Assembly: GCA_012295275.1 (NCBI GenBank)
Contig: CM022670.1
Coordinates: 4,154,001-4,218,000 of the forward strand
Source of the DNA: Chrysomallon squamiferum
Lineage: Eukaryota; Animalia; Mollusca
Direction: 5' to 3'
DNA: 64,000 bases
Shown: one piece after another, positions 28,601 through 39,626 of the stretch
How the letters are laid out: each line of letters begins with the position of its first letter
Position numbering within the stretch: position 1 is the stretch's first letter
Notes under the pieces: model-generated
What the model saw: only the letters and a program-made list of their open reading frames with translations
Database searches by the model: none
What the model was told of the DNA's origin: nothing
Made by a program: the position numbers and the translations under genes

Positions 28601-31600
28601 AGCTCTTCACCTGGGGCAAAGGTCGCTATGGCCGACTTGGTCATGGAGACAGTGAGGATCAGCCGAGACCAAAACTGGTCAGTTTAGTATTGTTACAGAT
28701 ATACTTTAGTTTTGTTTAAACAGACATCAGTATTTTTTGTCAGTTAAACAGACCTCAATACTTCGTGTCAGCTTTGTGTATCTATCCTTGTTACATTCTT
28801 TTTCACATTTTTAAAATCATTATTTAAAATATATTCGTTTTTTTTGTTTTTTATTTTATCATTGTTGTTTTATGTGTGTTTTTTTTTACATGCAGCTGAT
28901 GTTTTAACATTTTCAGTATAACTACTTTTTAATCAGTAATTAATTGCAATTATTTGTAATTGTTGTTAATAATATATTACATTTTAATTCAGGTTGAAGC
29001 ACTGAAAGGAAATCGTGTGATAAACGTGGCTTGTGGCAGTGGAGATGCTCAAAGTCTGTGTATCACTGAGGATGATTCTGTGTGGTCCTGGGGTGATGGT
29101 GACTATGGAAAACTGGGTATGAAAAGACTATAAACATGACAATAATGTACAGATTGTTCATTGAACATGTTTTATGCACTGATTAGTTACTAGAGTTACG
29201 ATTAACAGAATGAATAACAGTAAATAAAACAGCATGTCATCATTTATTTAGAACATAGAATATTTTATAATACATGACACTTTTTAAGAAAAACATACAA
29301 GGTAAATTCTATTTTTTATTTATATTATGAAATGCTTGCCTACTAGTGTTTCATTATGCTATATCAGCATGCCAAATATTACAGCATTTATTATGCCAAA
29401 TATTGACTGACATATCCTTTAATGGACACATTTTATAATATTGACTCTCATATCCAGCAAAAGTATTAACTAATGTATGCCAAACGTATTTAGTAACACA
29501 GTACTAAACAACAATGCAGATTTAAGTACTGGTGACACTTTGTGAACGTTGCAGGTCGTGGTGGCAGTGATGGCTGCAAAGTTCCAGTGAAGGTGGAAAG
29601 TCTGCAAGGGCTGGGAGTGATAAAGGTGGAGTGTGGCTCTCAGTTTTCTGTTGCTCTCACAAAATCAGGAGCTGTCTACACCTGGTAAGTGACTTAGATT
29701 AATTTTAAAAAGATTTATCTGTTCAGGACATCTAAATGAACCAGCTTGATTATTGTCACTGTAAAAGATAATTATTTATTTTTATACCTTTTTTATTTTT
29801 TTTATTTTTTTTTTTGTTCATTTTTATAAGTATTATTATTTTTAGGTTTAGACTAATTTGATCAAATCAGTTTTCTCTGCACAAAAAGAGATATATATGT
29901 TATAAGTAATACTTTTAGTAGTTCTTACTTTAACGAGACATTTTAATATTTGCATCGCTTGCTGACACGTGTGATGAAGTGCAAAACGGCTCTCTTCCTT
30001 TTCTTTTAAAATCTTCATTTTATGATTTGCTAAATGAAATAAAATACTTCAAGCAAAGAAAGTTAATATTCTTCTTCTTGCTTTATATATGTATACATAT
30101 ATGTGCTTATTCCAGGGGAAAGGGAGATTATCACAGACTTGGTCACGGTACTGATGATCATGTTCGTCGACCTAGGCGGGTTTCTGCTCTACAAGGCAAA
30201 AAGATTATTGATGTGGCCTGTGGATCTCTTCACTGTGTTGCCTGCTCTGATGTTGGTAAGGAATTATTAATGTTACTTTTATTTATTTAAATTTTTTTCA
30301 AACAAATATTAAGAAAAATTGTTTTGATTATTAAACTTCAGTATTTTAAAGTACCTTTGGCATCTCTAGCTATATTTGTAAAAATAAAATCATTATTATT
30401 TTTATTTATTTATTTATTTATATTATTTTATTATTATTATTTTAAAGAACATTTTGATGGGTGATCCTTATTTGTTCAGCAGACAGCTTATTTATCTTAT
30501 AGGTTTATTTGTTTGGCAGGTTATTATACATTATTACATTGGATTTTTACAGTTCTACTAATTATATAATAGAATATTTTACACTAATGGGCTCTGTTTT
30601 ACAGGAGAGGTGTATACTTGGGGAGATAATGACGAAGGACAACTAGGAGATGGTTCCACCAATGCCATCCAGAGACCAAGGCTAGTTGGAGCTCTGCAAG
30701 GTAAATTGTTTATTTTCTTTTATTCTGAAACCAGTTGAATGTAGACCAGTTACTGAAATGTAATAAAATTGGAAATGAATGTAGTCAGCAATGCAAATAA
30801 TGAATATTTATAGCATGCTTAATGTAAAACCAAGTGAAACAAGCAAGAATATGCAGACATCATTTTAGCTGGTTAAACTCTAGAAGAGAATAACAAACAT
30901 GCTCATTAGTAAACAAATTGACCATATAAAATACTGGGATGGACATATATAGGAACTCTGTACAGTCTCCAGTATCAAAAATTCTGATGCAATTAATATG
31001 TTATGTTCATTATAACAGTGGCATTAAAATTATAACTGTAAAATCAAATTAAAAATCGATAATAATAAAAAAAAGTTTTTTCTGATTCATTTCAAGAATT
31101 TTTTAATGATTTTGTCTCTTTCTGTATTTTGTATGAGTAAAGTTGTGTGTTTTAGGTAAGAAGATAAACCGAGTGGCCTGTGGCTCAGCTCACAGCTTGG
31201 CCTGGTCAACACACAAACCGGTCAGTGCAGGGAAACTGCCCTCAGTCATCCCCATGGAGTACAACCATCTGCAGTCCCTGTCAGTGGTCACCCTTCGCAA
31301 CAGGCTTGTCCTGCTCCATCACTTCTCTGATCTTTTCTGTCCATCCATCCCAATGTTTGACATGGAGAACCGGCTGGGTGTGGAGTCTGAAGGAGATTTG
31401 CAGTCTGGCTTGGATTCCCTGAGAGGAGTTCTAGTCTCAGCAGCTAAGGTTGGTTTTGAGTTAAAAGAGCATTCACAGTGGTATGAAATGCTTAATGAAA
31501 TCTTTTATGCTTCCAAATGTTTGTAATATTTGGCACTAAAAACCAGTCTTTGTTGATGACGAAATGTGATGGTTTAATAAGAGAAGTCCATAAAAATTTA

Positions 31601-32400
31601 AAAGAGGTTCAGGTTTTTATTAATGATGCAGTTGTTGTTTTTTCATCTCAGCTTATAAATTATATAAAAATGTTAAAAGTATTTTAACTCTTTCAAAAAG
31701 AACATTTTGTTTCTAGTTTACGAAAATATTTAAATCTTTTTTGATTCGGATAACTGCCACTTTTTTAATATATATTTTTTTAAAGCAATAGATTAAGATT
31801 AAGAAGCCTTCCATTCTAATAGGAATTCAAATCTTGAAAAAGGACTTTTTTTAAATATTAATATAATGATTATTTTTAAACTGTTGTAGGAGACATCATT
31901 CAGAAAGGTTGTGCAAGCCACAATGGTACGAGATAAACAACACGGTCCTGTAGTTGAGCTTAATCGAATACAGGTAAATGAGATTTATTGTATTAAAACA
32001 CTGTGTGCTTGATATCTCAAATTCTTTCATCTTTTTGTCAAAACATTTATATTACTGTGAGACAAATGTGCTAAAATAGTTTGGTTAATTAATTTCTTTT
32101 GCTATTAATATTAATTTCAGGATGTTTATTTTTGTTTTTTGTTGTTGCTTTTGTTGTTATTTCTTTCTATTTAGTTTACTATTAGTAGGATAAATTTGAA
32201 TTAAACTGACCTTCATTTTGGGGGTTCTTCAACATTTCTTATTTATTTACATTTTTTTAATTTTTTTGTCTAATACATAAAATATTTAATCTGATATTAT
32301 AACACTGTATGCCATGAATTTTATTTAAACGTTTATTATTGTAAGTAGTAGTAGTGTTTATTGCTGTTTATGTTATGATTATTTTTATTTTTTATTTTTT

Positions 32401-32495
<95 letters not shown>

Positions 32496-35400
32496 TACTT
32501 ATGGTCCTTATTTGTTTAGCAGACACTATGTATCTGATTGTTTTATGTATCTGGTTGTTTTATGTATCTGGTTGTTTTATATATCTGATTGTTTTATGTA
32601 TCTGATTGTTTTTTCTGTGTGAAGGTAAAACGGTCCCGGAGTAAAGGTGGCTATGCTGGACCTGATGGAGTCAAGTCTGTGTTTGGTCAGATGTCCTCCA
32701 AGATGTCCGTGTTTGGACCTGACAGTCTGATGCTTCCTCACAGAGTGTGGAAAGTCAAGTTTGTAGGTTAGTGTTCATCTTAAACAGCTGTCCACAATCA
32801 TCAGCCAGTGTTTGCTGTGCCAGGAACTCTTCTTCAATGTATTTGAAAAACTTTATCAAAAATTAGTAACCAAAACTGTCGTAGATCATATTGAAAGAAA
32901 ATATATCATTGGTAAAAGATCCTGTAGATACTATTTTTCATAAAACAAATTCTTGCTTTTTTTTTTTCTTAATTGCATCTATAAGAGTTGATATTGGTGT
33001 GCTTAGCAAACATAGTGTTGAATTGTGAACTGTTTTTGTGGATTGTTGTTACTTGTGATAAATATCATTCATTTAATCATAGAAGCCTTATGTCTGAGAC
33101 CTGGTAATCACTAATATGAAAGTGTTGTTAAGACTGTGTGTTGTGATTTCAGGTGAGAGTGTGGATGACTGTGGAGGAGGTTACAGTGAGTCAATAGCTG
33201 AGATGTGTGATGAGTTACAGAACGGCTCTCTTCCTCTGCTCATTGTCACACCCAATGGAAGAGACGAGTCTGGGGCCAACAGAGACTGTTTTCTTCTCAA
33301 CCCAATGTTGAAGAGTGTTGTCCATCAGAACATGTTCAGGTTCCTTGGTAAGTGAATGAATGAAAGGTTTATTTTTTTTTTTACAGTTTTCTTTAATCTT
33401 TTATTTTAACATAAATTAAAAAAAATTTAAACATTTTTGGAGAGGGGTAATTTTATTTTAATTTCTTCTTATTTTATTTTTTATTTATTTATTTATTTTT
33501 GTTGTTATTATTATTATGATTATTATTATTATTATTATTATCATTATTATTATTTTATTATTATTTTTTTTTTTTTTTTATCTAATTATTTTTTTTATTT
33601 TTTTTTTTATTTATTTATATATTTTTCTTATTCATTTAATGTTTTTTGTTTTGTTTTTTTGACGCTATTTTTCTATTATTGTTTTCTTAATTAAGATTTA
33701 TTTGAAAAATTTAGATGCTATAGTTTACTACGTTAATTCTGTCTGTTACAAAAGAGTGGGTTTTGCTGTGCATGTATATTTTTTGGTCTATTTGATAATC
33801 ATTTTAAACTCTTTATACATCTAATATTTAACTTGCTGTTAAACTGTTTACAATATCATATAGTTAAATAGTGAGAATAAGCTGATTTACTTTCTCATAT
33901 TATTATCCTTAACCAAACATTTAGAACCTAAAATCTGTTAATATTAAAATGTGTTGATAAGAAATGCTCCATTTGTGTAGGATATCTGCTGATTATACAT
34001 CTAATATTTAACTTGCTGTTAAACTGTTTACAATATCATATAGTTAAATAGTGAGAATAAGCTGATTTACTTTCTCATATTATTATCCTTAACCAAACAT
34101 TTAGAACCTAAAACTGTAAAATGTTTAAGAAATGCTCCATCTAGGAAATCTGAGTTTTTAATATTAAAAAAACTGTATGTTTAATATCTAAATCTTTTAA
34201 TATTAAAACATGTTTGTTTGTATAGGGTATATGATTGGGATTGCAATTCGAAGTGGCAGTCCTCTCAGTCTGAATCTAGCTGAACCAGTGTGGAAGCAGT
34301 TGGCTGGAATGCCAGTCACAATAACTGACCTGACGGAGGTTGACAAAGACTTTATACCAGGTGGGTTAGATCATTACATCTCTTTTCCACAGCATTTAAT
34401 ACGAAATTTTGTTTAGAAGCTGTAGATCTGTAATTTGAATATTATATTTAAACAACAGTAGTATATTTTTTATTTTTAAAGTATTATGTTTAAATCATTT
34501 TACATTCCAAAAATATATAATCATTAGTAATTCCAAAGATTGTTGTTGAGAAATTCAGACTATATTTATAATCTAAAAATGGCGGGGAAAACTATTTTTA
34601 TTTTTATTTTGCATATATAGATGTGTATGTGTGTGTGTGTCTATAATATATAGTAATGATTAATTCAAGCTTGTTTCAGTATAAATATACTGTATTTCAT
34701 GTATATGCAAAAAAATAACATTGATATGTTATATTTTTATTTATTTAATAATGTACAAGCAGACACACATATTTTCATGCTTCATTACATCTGTGATTTA
34801 AAGAAACAAGACACAGTATATTCTAATTCAAGTGACATTTTCAGCATTGTTTATTTTGTTTGTTTAGGTCTGATGTGTATTAAAGAGATGAGTGACGAGA
34901 CATTACGTACCACAGACATGTCATACAGTGTGCCTAGTGCCAGTGGGGAGGAGGTTCCCCTGGGTGGAAAACATGCAAGGGTCACCCCAGAGAATCGAGC
35001 TGAGTACATCAAACTGTCCATGGCTCACAGGTAGGCTTCATGAAAGTAATCACTGACATCTCATTATTTCTAGTTTCAAAATCAGTAGGATTTTGTTATC
35101 TCCTTTTGTGTGTGTGTGTGTGTTTTCCTTGTTTCTGTTTAATATGTTCTCTTTTCGAATACATGTTTAAAAACTGGATTATTACATAATGCAGTTATTC
35201 AGAAAATTTCAAACATGGTTATGTTTTCATTTCAGACTTCATGAATTTGACATGCAGACAAAGCTAGTTCGTGAAGGCATGTCCAGAGTTATTCCAGTTC
35301 CTCTTCTCTCACTCTTCACTGGGTTCGAACTAGAAACTATGGTTAGTACAAGAGATTTCATATTCTATATTTCAAACAGTACATATATGATAGAGCACAC

Positions 35401-35937
35401 TGGATGTGATTCACAAGTTCCCAGTGGGAAATATTTTTAGGTCTTTTAAAAAAAAATTGATATATATTTCCAAATGTTGTTGGATTTGGAACCATCTTTA
35501 GCTCTGAACATTAATTCATAGAAAATTGAGATTACTGATATGAAATTTTAATGTGTTTAATTAAAATGTTTTGGGGTTTTTTCAGGTGTGTGGAAGTCCA
35601 GACATCCCACTGAATCTTCTCAAATCTGTGGCCACTTACAAAGGAATTGATGCCAATGCTCCACTTGTTCAGTGGTTCTGGGAAGTCATGGAGGAATTTA
35701 CCAACACAGAAAGATCTCTGTTTCTTCGCTTTGTGTGGGGACGCACTCGCCTGCCCAGGACTATAGCAGACTTCAGAGGTCGAGATTTCGTGCTACAGGT
35801 ATGTCTCAGTTTTTATAACAATTCACTTTATCAAGAAACTGTTAAAAAATTTGAATTCTTTCTTTTAATTCATTATGTTCATGAAATTGTATTTACTTTA
35901 TTGTTACTGTTTTTATTCATTTATTTACTTTTATAAA

Positions 35938-35977
<40 letters not shown>

Positions 35978-36358
35978 AAAAAATATATATATATTGTTAA
36001 CATGTTAAGGGCTAGATTTTTTTTTTTTTTTTTTTTTTTTAATTGATAAAAAAATCCTTATTAATTTTATTTATATTTGTGTCAGGTGCTGGACAAGTAC
36101 AATCCACCAGACCATTTCTTACCTGAAAGTTACACCTGCTTCTTTCTGCTGAAGATGCCACGGTACTCGTGTAAACCCGTTCTGAGAGAGAAGCTGAAGT
36201 ATGCCATTCACTTCTGTAAATCCATTGACACTGACGACTACGCCAGAGTGGCGCTGACAGGCGACACCCTCGTCGAGGACTCACCCGACTCCAGTGACGA
36301 CACTGATGCTATGGACAGCATCGAATCAGATGGGGAAATCACTGACTCTGACAGTTAA
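3..36358 (+). CDS. HERC2: E3 ubiquitin-protein ligase HERC2, 5'-partial (63 exons in window; two +1 frameshifts as assembled, at ~1959 and ~3947)
   Basis: Exons: 3-176 (start uncertain at window edge), 578-733, 959-1144, 1424-1606, 1956-2048, 2279-2543, 2955-3189, 3484-3643, 3920-4116, 4537-4802, 5343-5519, 5937-6073, 6447-6636, 7055-7202, 7584-7759, 8113-8302, 8652-8831, 9299-9489, 9845-9995, 10589-11016, 11312-11501, 11813-12087, 12427-12718, 13269-13444, 13901-14107, 14999-15116, 15454-15564, 16198-16306, 16846-16982, 17390-17580, 17983-18180, 18600-18881, 19206-19287, 19547-19690, 20167-20257, 20566-20743, 21096-21349, 21880-22024, 22201-22426, 22631-22802, 23287-23455, 23653-23952, 24398-24551, 24796-24903, 25103-25393, 25854-25993, 26490-26887, 27185-27383, 27816-28030, 28500-28677, 28993-29116, 29555-29684, 30116-30255, 30605-30700, 31156-31448, 31890-31973, 32625-32766, 33153-33347, 34226-34360, 34868-35030, 35236-35341, 35586-35798, 36086-36358. 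Intron phases chain correctly except at the two frameshifted exons. The domain order is diagnostic of HERC2. Confidence 0.97.
1424..2048 (+). other. HERC2: HERC2 cytochrome b5-like domain exons
   Basis: [26 protein letters not shown]...YAG[28 protein letters not shown]. Confidence 0.9.
6901..7050. repeat. Compound trinucleotide microsatellite (ATT/ACT/GTT)n directly before a HERC2 acceptor
   Basis: Visible runs; these produce the spurious poly-I/T/V and poly-N/S ORFs. Confidence 0.9.
7584..8302 (+). other. HERC2: HERC2 MIB/HERC2 domain exons
   Basis: [18 protein letters not shown]|[42 protein letters not shown]. Confidence 0.93.
11536..11581. repeat. (CT)n microsatellite
   Basis: Visible run. 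Confidence 0.95.
13648..13802. repeat. (CA)n/(CACT)n compound microsatellite
   Basis: Visible run. Confidence 0.95.
14222..14300 (+). mobile_element. Possible 5' end fragment of a hAT-Charlie (MER5-like) non-autonomous DNA transposon
   Basis: CAGTGCTTCTAAAACT follows TCATAGAC, resembling a Charlie TIR and target site; no matching right TIR found; right boundary arbitrary. Confidence 0.3.
14578..14998. repeat. Minisatellite, 12 copies of a ~35-bp unit (AACTGTGTAAAAATATAAATATATGTGTTTAATTC), ending at the acceptor of exon 14999-15116
   Basis: Units start at 14578, 14611, 14646, 14681, 14716, 14752, 14788, 14823, 14856, 14891, 14926, 14961. Confidence 0.95.
15822..16029. mobile_element. Tc1/mariner-type MITE, 208 bp
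   Basis: Perfect 18-bp TIR CAGGGTGTCCCAGAAGTC ... GACTTCTGGGACACCCTG, extending imperfectly to CACCAT/ATGGTG; TA on both flanks (15820-21, 16030-31). Confidence 0.9.
16569..16845. repeat. Tandem repeat, 3 copies of ~90 bp, ending at the acceptor of the ZZ-finger exon
   Basis: Units start at 16569, 16659, 16749 (CACTGACAGCATCATTTACTG...TTACAAATCTCTGTCATT). Confidence 0.93.
18820..22426 (+). other. HERC2: HERC2 RCC1-like domain RLD2 exons
   Basis: Repeated RCC1 blades: [96 protein letters not shown]. Confidence 0.95.
27185..31220 (+). other. HERC2: HERC2 RCC1-like domain RLD3 exons
   Basis: [98 protein letters not shown]. Confidence 0.95.
32403..32493. repeat. Poly(T) homopolymer, ~91 nt
   Basis: Visible run; exact length unreliable. 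Confidence 0.9.
32527..32611. repeat. Minisatellite, 5 x 17 bp (TATGTATCTGATTGTTT), just upstream of the acceptor at 32623-24
   Basis: Units start at 32527, 32544, 32561, 32578, 32595. Confidence 0.9.
32625..36358 (+). other. HERC2: HERC2 HECT domain exons
   Basis: [19 protein letters not shown]...[12 protein letters not shown]...[18 protein letters not shown] (catalytic Cys present); TAA at 36356-36358. Confidence 0.96.
33813..34140. repeat. Direct tandem duplication, period 180 bp (~120 bp identical plus a diverged tail)
   Basis: TTATACATCTAATATTTAACTTGCTG...TTAGAACCTAAAA at 33813 and 33993. Confidence 0.92.
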
Positions 36359-36800
36359 ACTTATTTTTTGCTGCATGAACTGATTAAAAGAAGAAATATC
36401 TTTGTTCCTTGTAGTTTAAAAAAGAAAAGAAGTCTGGACTGCAGTGAACTGTATTTGCTAAACAGAATAGATCTTTGTAACCCCTGAAAATGAAATTTAA
36501 GAAAAAACGGTATTGCTTCCATTTAAAGTGGCTGAGATTAGAATAGTGAATCTTTTCAATACTTTTAGAGACTTGTTGTGTAAAACATATATATAAAATG
36601 TACCAGAAATTTGTTTTTGAAAGTAACTGGAAAACTTACAAGATGCTAATGAAATGTATTCATTTTTAATTTTTAATTTACGAGTTTACAAGACTGAAGT
36701 GTAACAGTTGTGGCAAAGATGTTGATACTGGGTGTATCGTGGGTTTTTTTTTTTTCATCTCAAACTTCATTTGTGATAATTGTGATCTCTTGGTGACATT

Positions 36801-36806
36801 AATAAA
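36801..36806 (+). terminator. Candidate HERC2 polyadenylation signal (another at 36998-37003)
   Basis: AATAAA 0.4-0.65 kb after the stop codon, followed by T/GT-rich sequence; the hexamer is common in AT-rich DNA. Confidence 0.35.
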
Positions 36807-37785
36807 ATAATTTTATTCTTTATTTATCGTTTCGTTTGAAAGACAAATTTTGTATAAAACTTGTTTTCTTTTTAATTTTCAAATAGTACTGGTATGTAAT
36901 AGTTATGATTTGTGTTATTGTTAATTTCCCAGTCTGAAATGGAATTAAACATTGTTTTCTTTAAAATTTTATTTCATTTTATTCAGAATCTGTTTCTAAT
37001 AAACATCTCTAAAATGTTTTTATTTATTATGAACATATTTGTTTTGCTTTTTGTTTGGTTTTTTTTGTTGTTTTTTTAGTTTGAATGTTTAGTAATTATG
37101 ATTTTATATATATAAACATCAGAAAAGTGAAGGTAGAGAAGGTAATCTTTTATTTATTTGGACTGACCAATTTATTTGTGCTTCTAGTCATTTCTTTTAC
37201 GCAAACCTTATGTTTTCTAAAATTAAGTTTTTTGTACTTAGAAGAGTATGAATGATTATTTGAATACATCCTCTGCACTTTCACGTCATTATTTTGTTTG
37301 TTTTGATTCTGAGTACTACTATAATATAACAAACCAGTGAACAAACACAAAATGTGACAGTAATATAACAAGTCAATGGAGGCAGCACCATTTTCCCTCC
37401 TTGATCACGTCAACATCGTGTCACTGACAGAAATGTAAACATGAACAGATACACAAGAGAGGTACTCTTTAATTTTCATAATCAGAATGTTTCAGAAAAA
37501 AACAGTTCACCATTGTTTCTACTTTTTAATAATTATTTTTGACAGTTAATGAAATTCATTATGCTGTTCAAAGTATATTGGATAATTTGCAAAATATGTC
37601 CAGTCAAACATACTAATTTCATTTGCTTATTTTGTGTAGCTCAAGTCTTGTTCAGTAGCTTCAATGGAATTTTAGTTCAAAGCTTATAAAAATGGATGGG
37701 ATGGCTTTGTATAATTGTTATCATATTCAATGGCTGGATTTATACAATTCAGAGTTTTTAAATACACTTGTTGGTGTTGTCCAAT

Positions 37786-37985
37786 TCAAAGCTTATTAAA
37801 TACATTGGTCAGTTTTATACAGTTCAAAGCTTTTCAAATGTCCTGTCAGTTTTATACAGTACAAAGCTTATAAAATGCACTGGTCAGTTTTATACAGCTC
37901 AAAGCTTATTAAATACATTGGTAAGTTTTATACAGTTCAAAGCTTATAAAATGCACTGGGAAACTGTACATGGTTCAAGTATAAA
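37786..37985. repeat. Degenerate minisatellite, ~5 copies of 37-38 bp (TTCAAAGCTTATTAAATACATTGGTCAGTTTTATACAG)
   Basis: Units start at ~37786, 37823, 37860, 37898, 37936, with weaker copies upstream. Confidence 0.85.
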
Positions 37986-38403
37986 TTGTACATACAAGAC
38001 GTATATAAAAAATGAGCCAGGTCCTATAATTCTGTGTAAATCATTCTTACAGCCGTAAGAAGCAAAGTAACATAATTAATACAGTGAAAGAATTTAGAAC
38101 GCATTTTTTTCTCATCATCCATTGTTCATTTCAAACATAAAAGAAACTAAATATCATTTCACTCCTACCATAATCTTTTCTTAGGAAATTTAGTAGATTT
38201 ATCAGTGTTGGTTACAAAGTTCATTTTAAATACAAACTAAAGCTTCAACATTTTTAGAAGGATGTTCATTGTTTTATTCCTTTTCTTTGACTATATAGTT
38301 ATGTTTTATCAATACATTTTTTAAAATTATTAATAATAAATAAAATTTAAAAATGAAATGAGCTATAGAATTGCTTTTGAATTTATTTCAAATGTATTTT
38401 CAT

Positions 38404-38441
<38 letters not shown>

Positions 38442-39626
38442 AAAATTTGTTATAAACTGCAATTAAGTGAATTTATATATTTCATGTATTATCTTTCCAT
38501 ACAGTAATACTGAAAATTAATAGTCTGTCTGTAATGATGAAACAATTAGCAGTATTATTTGTCATCTGTGACTGTGATTTTTATTTTTCCAAAATATGTA
38601 TATTTGAATGAAAATGTGAATATTCTTTTTTAATATAGGCAATATTATTAACTTGTTCATTGAGAGAACATTTGAATTTTCTTTCAGAAGTATGCGTTGC
38701 TTATCTTGTATATCAACAGATGCTTTATGTTTATTTATTTGTACAACATGAACATTTTAAATGTCTAAACATTCAGAAAATTATTATTATTATTATTATT
38801 ATTTTTTATATCTTTTTTAAAAAAAAAAAAAAAGAAAAAAAGGAAAGAAAGAAAGAAAAAAAAAGAAAAACTCTTTTGATCCATTACAGGTTTTTGTCAT
38901 TGTTAATAAAGTCATTAATAATAATAATAATGGTGATAATGATGATGTGGTACAACTGGAGAGTTTAAGCTATTTAAATGATTTTATTTTGTTCTGTGTA
39001 GATTTATGTAACTCATCACATTACGACAGTTTTGATAGTAGGTATTATTGTTTGCATAATATACATTGTCAAATAACCTGGATTTTATTTCCTTTGTCAT
39101 TTTTTTAGTATGCTTAAATTAATCAGCTTTCTTTTATTTCTGTGATGAAGTTCATTATCAAGAAATATATAATTTTGTCCAAAAAAAAAAAAAGGAAATA
39201 GAATGCTTAAACAAGCAGAAATAAATGAAATTAAATGTTAATGTCATTGTTACTTCATTTGTTGGTTTATTTTATTACTCATTTATTGATACAATTCAAA
39301 TTCATTCAGTGGGTTTTGGGGGGATTTTTTCGGTATTTATGGATTTTTTTTTAATAATCATAAATAAACAGATTCAAGTTGTGATCAATTTTATATCGTG
39401 TAGTAAGCTAGTTTTTTTATCACGTGGTAAATCTGAAACGGGTAAATTTGCCTGTTGAGTCTCCGTTTTTTATCAAAGTTAAGATGACAAAAAACAAATA
39501 CTGTGATGAAGCTCAGTATGTATACTATGTCATGTTACGTTTGTTTGTTGTTGTTGTTTTTTTGGTTTTGTTTTTTGAAATTATGTAAAAATAATGACGA
39601 AACTGAAAGGCCAGTGAGAAAACTAC

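Noticed and set aside
31151-31161. TTTAG|GTAAG recursive splice site
   Set aside because: GTAAG simply encodes the Gly-Lys start of a required RLD3 exon.
3-36358. HERC2 pseudogene
   Set aside because: Only two lesions, both explicable as consensus errors; 61 other exons keep phase, splice sites and catalytic residues.
37371-37435. Minus-strand terminal exon ending KEGKWCCLH*
   Set aside because: The frame begins with TGA directly after the only good acceptor, and no compatible upstream exon was found.
39500-39620. Hammerhead ribozyme (TGATGA ... CGAAAC)
   Set aside because: The core is not CTGANGA and no flanking stems form.
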